In this document: positions 59,566 through 64,000 of the stretch, in pieces
Layout: each line of letters starts with the position of its first letter
Position numbering within the stretch: position 1 is the stretch's first letter
Source: Candidatus Marinacidobacterales bacterium
Lineage (GTDB): Bacteria; Acidobacteriota; Vicinamibacteria; Marinacidobacterales; DATDRI01
Length of the DNA stretch: 64,000 bases
Reading direction: 5' to 3'
NCBI GenBank assembly: GCA_965226495.1
Contig: OZ245365.1
Coordinates: 2,176,001 to 2,240,000, forward strand
Position numbers and translations under genes: made by a program
Notes under the pieces: generated by a model
Database searches by the model: none
Seen by the model: the letters and a program-made list of their open reading frames with translations, nothing else
What the model was told of the DNA's origin: nothing

Positions 59566-60651
59566 TCAAGGCAGGGCAAGCTTTTCGTTGATATAAGCCC
59601 TGATGCGGTCTTTGAAGTGCTGGCGAGAAAAGCCGAGCGCCCAGCTCCTAACAGCCTTTCTATTAAAACGCAGCGAAGAAACCCTGTCAATAGCATCGGA
59701 TAGAGCCTCGGGCGAAGATTCGGAGAAAAAGACTCCGGTCTCCCCGTCCCGCACCGACTCGAGCGCTCCGCCTTCGGCGAAAGCGACCACCGGCCGCCCA
59801 CACGCCTGGGCCTCCACCGGAACGATGCCGAAGTCCTCTACCCCTGGCAACAGGGCTGCCTGACACCGCTGGTAGAGAGGGCGGAGTTCCCGCTGGGATA
59901 GGCCGCCCAGAAAGCGAATGTTCCTGCCGGCTCGTGCTTTGAGCTTGGCCTCTTGTGGCCCGGTCCCGACGATCAGCAGAGGTTCGCTCCTCTTGTTGAA
60001 CGCATCGATAGCCAGCTCGAGTCGCTTATAGGGGACCAAGGCCGAGACGATCAAGTAATAGTCTTCGGGCTCCTCATCGGTCGGTACGTAGACGTCCGTG
60101 TCGACCGGCGGGTAAATGACCTCCGCCTGTCGGCGGTAGTACGTCTGGATGCGCCCTGCCACGTGCTTCGAGTTGGCGATGAAATGGTCGACGCGCGCCG
60201 CGGACGCGACGTCCCATTTCCTGAGGTAGTGGGCTATGGGGCCATAGACCAGCCTCGCCTTCACGCCGTTGCCGAAATAGTCTCCGAAGCGATCCCACAC
60301 GTAACGCATCGGCGTGTGACAGTAGCAGATGTGCATCGAATCTGGAGGCGTTATGACACCCTTTGCCACGCAGTGACTGCTGGAGACGACGAGATCGTAG
60401 CCATCGAGGTCGAGCGACTCGACCGCCCAGGGATAGATGGGCAAGTACCAGCGATAAAGGCTTTTTACCGCGGGAAATTTTTGCGTGAAGGCGGTACGTA
60501 TCGGATGGGACTCGATGATCTGGCTCGTCGAGTCGGGGATGTGCACCATCGTAAAGAGCGTGGCATCTGGGTAGAGCTCGCAGAGAGCCTCCAAGACCTT
60601 TTCGCCGCCCCGGAGCCCGGTGAGCCAATCATGAATTAGAGCGACTCGCAT
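59566..60651 (-). CDS. Glycosyltransferase family 4
   Basis: HDWL...RGGEKV, YCHTPMRY.W, YKR, EDFGIVPVEAQACG. Confidence 0.92.
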   Translation of the reverse strand: MRVALIHDWLTGLRGGEKVLEALCELYPDATLFTMVHIPDSTSQIIESHPIRTAFTQKFPAVKSLYRWYLPIYPWAVESLDLDGYDLVVSSSHCVAKGVITPPDSMHICYCHTPMRYVWDRFGDYFGNGVKARLVYGPIAHYLRKWDVASAARVDHFIANSKHVAGRIQTYYRRQAEVIYPPVDTDVYVPTDEEPEDYYLIVSALVPYKRLELAIDAFNKRSEPLLIVGTGPQEAKLKARAGRNIRFLGGLSQRELRPLYQRCQAALLPGVEDFGIVPVEAQACGRPVVAFAEGGALESVRDGETGVFFSESSPEALSDAIDRVSSLRFNRKAVRSWALGFSRQHFKDRIRAYINEKLALP

Positions 60652-61798
60652 GTGTGGTCTGTGCCTCGGCGGACGGAGTGCCGCTGATTCCCAAAGCTTG
60701 CCGGTACGCCTGATGGACTTGTGCCGCCGAGCCTTCCCAGGAGAATTGCTTCGCGCGCTCGTATCCATCGGCGATGAGTCGGTTGCGCAACGTGGGATCG
60801 GTCAGTATTTCGCGGATGGCCTTTGCGATCTGATCGATATTGTAAGGATCGACGGTGAGCGCCGCATTGCCGACGACCTCGGGTAGCGAAGAAATGTTGG
60901 ATGTCACTACTGGAGTTCCGTTCGCCATCGCTTCTAGTGGAGGGAGTCCGAAACCCTCGTAGAGAGACGGAAAGGCGAACACGTCGGCGATTTTGTACAG
61001 AGCCACTAGGGTCGGCTCGGGAACGAAACCGAAGAAACGCACGTTGCGCCGAACCTGATGGCGCTCCACCGTCCGTCGGAGGGATGGGTACTTGGAAATG
61101 TCGTCACCCACGACGATGAGGGTCAGGTCCGAGTACTCGGGATCTTCCCGGACCTTGGCAAACGCAGCGATCAATCTCTCGACATTCTTGTGTGGTTTGA
61201 TGTTTCCAACGAAGAGGACAGTTCTCCCGAAGATCTGAAACCTTTCCTTTACCTGAGCGAGCTCTTCAGCGGAGAGTCCTTCGGTAATAGCACTGTCCAG
61301 TCCATTGGGAATGACCACGATCTTATCCGGGCTCACTTCGAAAAAAGTCAGCAGGTCTCTTTTCGACGAGTCGGAGACCGTCAACACGAGCTCGGCCTTC
61401 TCGAGGGCTCGCCGAATCATGTAGCGCGCATAGTGGCTGGCCATACGTGACGGCAGATACTGAGGGAAAAGCAAATGGATGACGTCGTGTATCGTTACGA
61501 CCGATCGGCACGGAGTCATGAGGGGCAAAACGTAGTGTGGCGTGTGGAACAAATCGACGCGCAGGCGTCGCAGAGCTGCTGGAATACCGATGTGCTCGCG
61601 GATCGAGTAGTTGGGGGCACTGACCCGGACGGGAGTGACGTGAGCGTTGAGAGAGCGAACCAGTTCCTCATCCTGCCGATAACACAAGAGAAAGTACTCG
61701 GTCTCCTGATCCACGCTCGGTAGGTGCTTGATGAGGTTGCGAATGTACGTGCCGATGCCGAAGTCGTTGATCTTTCGGACATCGAGGGCGATTTTCAT
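60629..61798 (-). CDS. Glycosyltransferase family 4 (mannosyltransferase-like)
   Basis: [33 protein letters not shown]. Confidence 0.92.
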   Translation of the reverse strand: MKIALDVRKINDFGIGTYIRNLIKHLPSVDQETEYFLLCYRQDEELVRSLNAHVTPVRVSAPNYSIREHIGIPAALRRLRVDLFHTPHYVLPLMTPCRSVVTIHDVIHLLFPQYLPSRMASHYARYMIRRALEKAELVLTVSDSSKRDLLTFFEVSPDKIVVIPNGLDSAITEGLSAEELAQVKERFQIFGRTVLFVGNIKPHKNVERLIAAFAKVREDPEYSDLTLIVVGDDISKYPSLRRTVERHQVRRNVRFFGFVPEPTLVALYKIADVFAFPSLYEGFGLPPLEAMANGTPVVTSNISSLPEVVGNAALTVDPYNIDQIAKAIREILTDPTLRNRLIADGYERAKQFSWEGSAAQVHQAYRQALGISGTPSAEAQTTHASRSNS

Positions 61799-61809
61799 GG
61801 ATCGAGCTA

Positions 61810-62373
61810 CTAATGAATGATTTCGAGGCCGAGGAGTGTAAGCAAAATGAGGTAAGCGCACCAGGCGATAACCACACCGACACCGTGGACACGAGGTTTC
61901 CGCGAAAGGATCAACACGACCAATAGCACTACGATGGCCGCGTTGAAACCGGCGCCCAGAGGCAGACCGCCTCCGAAAAGCACGTCCCCTCCAATCACCC
62001 ATAGCTGTACGATCGCGAGCAGCCAAAGGAAACCGCGGCTCACGACGTGACCTACTCCGCGCTCCTCGGCGCCGGCGAGCGCCGCGTCTTTCAGCAAAAG
62101 GTTAGTAGCGAGAAAAAGGACAATCGGCCCGCTGATAACGTAAAGGAACGCGATGAACGTCCATTCCTTTGTTCCCAGGATCTCCGCCGTCTGCCAGAAG
62201 AGATCGAAGTGCACCAAAAGCAGCAGGAGAATCCAGCTAATGTGACAGGATTTGCGCCTAATTCTCACGCCGTGCGCTACTTCCTCGGCCAACGATGCGA
62301 GAATGTTTGCGATCCCTAACGTCAGGATCGTCACGAACATGATCGCGACGAGCAGGGTCTTAGGTTCCGTCAT
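61810..62373 (-). CDS. Hypothetical polytopic membrane protein (about 6 TM)
   Basis: Hydrophobic 187 aa with H..W......H...FW; 6 nt downstream of senB. Confidence 0.75.
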   Translation of the reverse strand: MTEPKTLLVAIMFVTILTLGIANILASLAEEVAHGVRIRRKSCHISWILLLLLVHFDLFWQTAEILGTKEWTFIAFLYVISGPIVLFLATNLLLKDAALAGAEERGVGHVVSRGFLWLLAIVQLWVIGGDVLFGGGLPLGAGFNAAIVVLLVVLILSRKPRVHGVGVVIAWCAYLILLTLLGLEIIH

Positions 62374-62379
62374 GCGGCG

Positions 62380-63336
62380 CTATGATACAACAAACTCTGC
62401 GAGAAGGTCCCGCCATGCGTCTGCTTCCCGTGCCGGATCGACGAAGTGGGTAAGGCGTTGGCAGGTCTGTACAAGCGTTTGGAAAAACGAGTGGTCGGAC
62501 TCGGCGCGCTCGAGAAGAGTTGATAGCTGCTGGGTATGTCCCGTCTCGAAATACCCGGGATAGTCGTCACCAAGAATCCCAACATTGCCGGGAATTCGAC
62601 TGGCGAGAATCGGAACCGAGGCGGCGATAGCTTCCGAGGCGACATTGGCACCGCCTTCCAGAAGGGAAGAGATGACGAGGAGGTGGCTCCCGCTGAGAAG
62701 CTTCTTCGACTCTTTTCGAGATAGGCCCTCGATCCAGCGGTAACGCGGGTTTTGGCTTTCTTCTTCTCGTGCCTCTTGGGCTGCCATTTCGCTCAGCGCC
62801 TGGCCGGCGTGAATGACTCGAGTGCGGGACGTGGACGGAAGAAGGCGCGCCGCATATGCCGCGCGCAGTGGGTCCTTCACCTCGCGTAGGTGCGCGAGAA
62901 CACATACCTGGAAGACATCCATTGGTTTGGGGCTGGTCTGAACCGGCGCCGTCGCGGATTGAAAAATCACACGGGTCTTGTCGTGCAGATGTGAAGGAAG
63001 CTCCTCGATGGCTTTGGGCTGAAGCACGACCAAACGGTCGGCGATCTCGATGGAGTGTTGTGCTTCGGGCGAGACTTTGATGTCACGGTACACATCGGTT
63101 CCAGCTAGTCCGACGATGATCGGTCGACCGCGGTGGCGCTCTCGGAATTCCACGACGGCTGCTGCGCTGCGACGAGCATGAAGTGCGATGAGAATGTCTT
63201 GGGCCGTACCTTCGTACGTCGTCGTGATCGCGACCCGATGTCCTAGCTCGACGAGGAGCTCCGCCCAGCGACTGGCCGTGACCGCGTTTCCGAGGAGGGC
63301 ATCGGGCGAAGCGGGAGTGACGAGGGCGACTTCCAT
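62380..63336 (-). CDS. senB: Selenosugar synthase SenB (TIGR04348-type glycosyltransferase)
   Basis: GNAVTA.RW, ALHARRS, L.GTD.Y.D, LREVKDP, S..EGGAN, SRI.GN.G.LG.DY.GYF; adjacent to an EgtB homolog. Confidence 0.88.
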   Translation of the reverse strand: MEVALVTPASPDALLGNAVTASRWAELLVELGHRVAITTTYEGTAQDILIALHARRSAAAVVEFRERHRGRPIIVGLAGTDVYRDIKVSPEAQHSIEIADRLVVLQPKAIEELPSHLHDKTRVIFQSATAPVQTSPKPMDVFQVCVLAHLREVKDPLRAAYAARLLPSTSRTRVIHAGQALSEMAAQEAREEESQNPRYRWIEGLSRKESKKLLSGSHLLVISSLLEGGANVASEAIAASVPILASRIPGNVGILGDDYPGYFETGHTQQLSTLLERAESDHSFFQTLVQTCQRLTHFVDPAREADAWRDLLAEFVVS

Positions 63337-63346
63337 ACGGAGGCGC

Positions 63347-64000
63347 TCAGATAGCGCAGGTGCGGAACCCCCCGAAGACGTCTCGGCGATGGGGCTGGTA
63401 GAAGTTTCTCCAGGTGTTCCTAATTAGAAGGGAACGTGTGGTCCAGCAACCACCTCTTAGAACTTTGTGATCATGGAACCATGGCTGGGAGTAGTCCTTG
63501 TAGGGGTCGGGAGTGAACTCTGGGTACGGTCCGAAATCGGTGCTCGTCCACTCCCAGACGTTACCGACCATTTGCCGGCAACCAAAAGCGCTGTCTCCCG
63601 CCGGTAGGGCGTCGACCGGAATGCACCCTCGCGCCGCCCAGTTCAGGTTAGCCCGCTCCGGTGCGGGGGCGTCGTTGCCCCAGGGGTATTTCCTTTTGCG
63701 ACCGTCGGTCCCCAGGGACGCTGCAAACTCCCACTCCACCTCGGTGGGTAGTCGTCTACCGGCCCAGCGACAGAAAGCATCGGCCTCGAACCAGTTCACG
63801 TGTATGACGGGTAGGCGGGGCTCGAGGGGAATCCATGAGTCGAAATGGCGCCGATGCCAGGTACTTGGGTTGTCCTTCTTCCAATAGACGGGATGACTAG
63901 CGTCCGCCCCTTCTTTCCAGGCCCACCCTTCTGGAATCCAAAGGTCTCTACGCCGGTAACCATCGTCGTCCACGAAAGCGGCGAATTCTTCTTGCGTAAC
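63347..64000 (-). CDS. senA: Selenoneine synthase SenA (EgtB-like sulfoxide synthase), C-terminal FGE domain; 5' end outside window
   Basis: PVIHVNWFEA.AFC.WAGRRLPTE.EWE, GNVWEWT, DPYKDYSQPWF, LRGG, RNFY.P.R.D.F.GFRTC. Frame is open to 64000; 10 nt from senB. Confidence 0.82.
   Translation of the reverse strand, partial: VTQEEFAAFVDDDGYRRRDLWIPEGWAWKEGADASHPVYWKKDNPSTWHRRHFDSWIPLEPRLPVIHVNWFEADAFCRWAGRRLPTEVEWEFAASLGTDGRKRKYPWGNDAPAPERANLNWAARGCIPVDALPAGDSAFGCRQMVGNVWEWTSTDFGPYPEFTPDPYKDYSQPWFHDHKVLRGGCWTTRSLLIRNTWRNFYQPHRRDVFGGFRTCAI

Noticed and set aside
1-64000. Numerous long overlapping or antisense ORFs in the track (e.g. 3125-4045, 17535-18464, 20079-21005)
   Set aside because: Typical high-GC shadow frames over well-supported genes, with no recognisable motifs.

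Overview
A gene-dense, GC-rich chromosomal window from a diderm bacterium (bamD present). An Acidobacteriota-like origin is a weak inference from gene context and REP-like hairpins. Most of it is housekeeping: a CIRCE-controlled hrcA-grpE-dnaK-dnaJ operon, lipoate ligase, ald, bactofilin, tRNA-Gly(CCC), sugar-nucleotide and lipid genes, bamD, rpe-PASTA-rsmB, def-fmt-aroC, msrB/sulfurtransferase, a copper ATPase, chrA and gdh. I saw no integrase, transposase, phage gene or CRISPR array. Most notable: (1) selenoneine-type senA-senB genes run with tight spacing into an unknown membrane protein, two GT4 glycosyltransferases, a WcaJ-type initiating transferase and a UDP-glucuronate decarboxylase; (2) a decayed second copy of the 3' end of the MFS/spermidine-synthase gene brackets a ~7.5 kb accessory block, nested in a ~13 kb interruption between fmt and rsmB; (3) an in-frame 9-bp repeat encodes a collagen-like (Gly-Glu-Pro)n loop inside a thioesterase; (4) a BNR-propeller/TlpA fusion, a frameshifted glycoside-hydrolase-like lipoprotein and an animal-type GDH with an antenna-like insert. 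Product calls rest on motif recognition by eye, not database searches.
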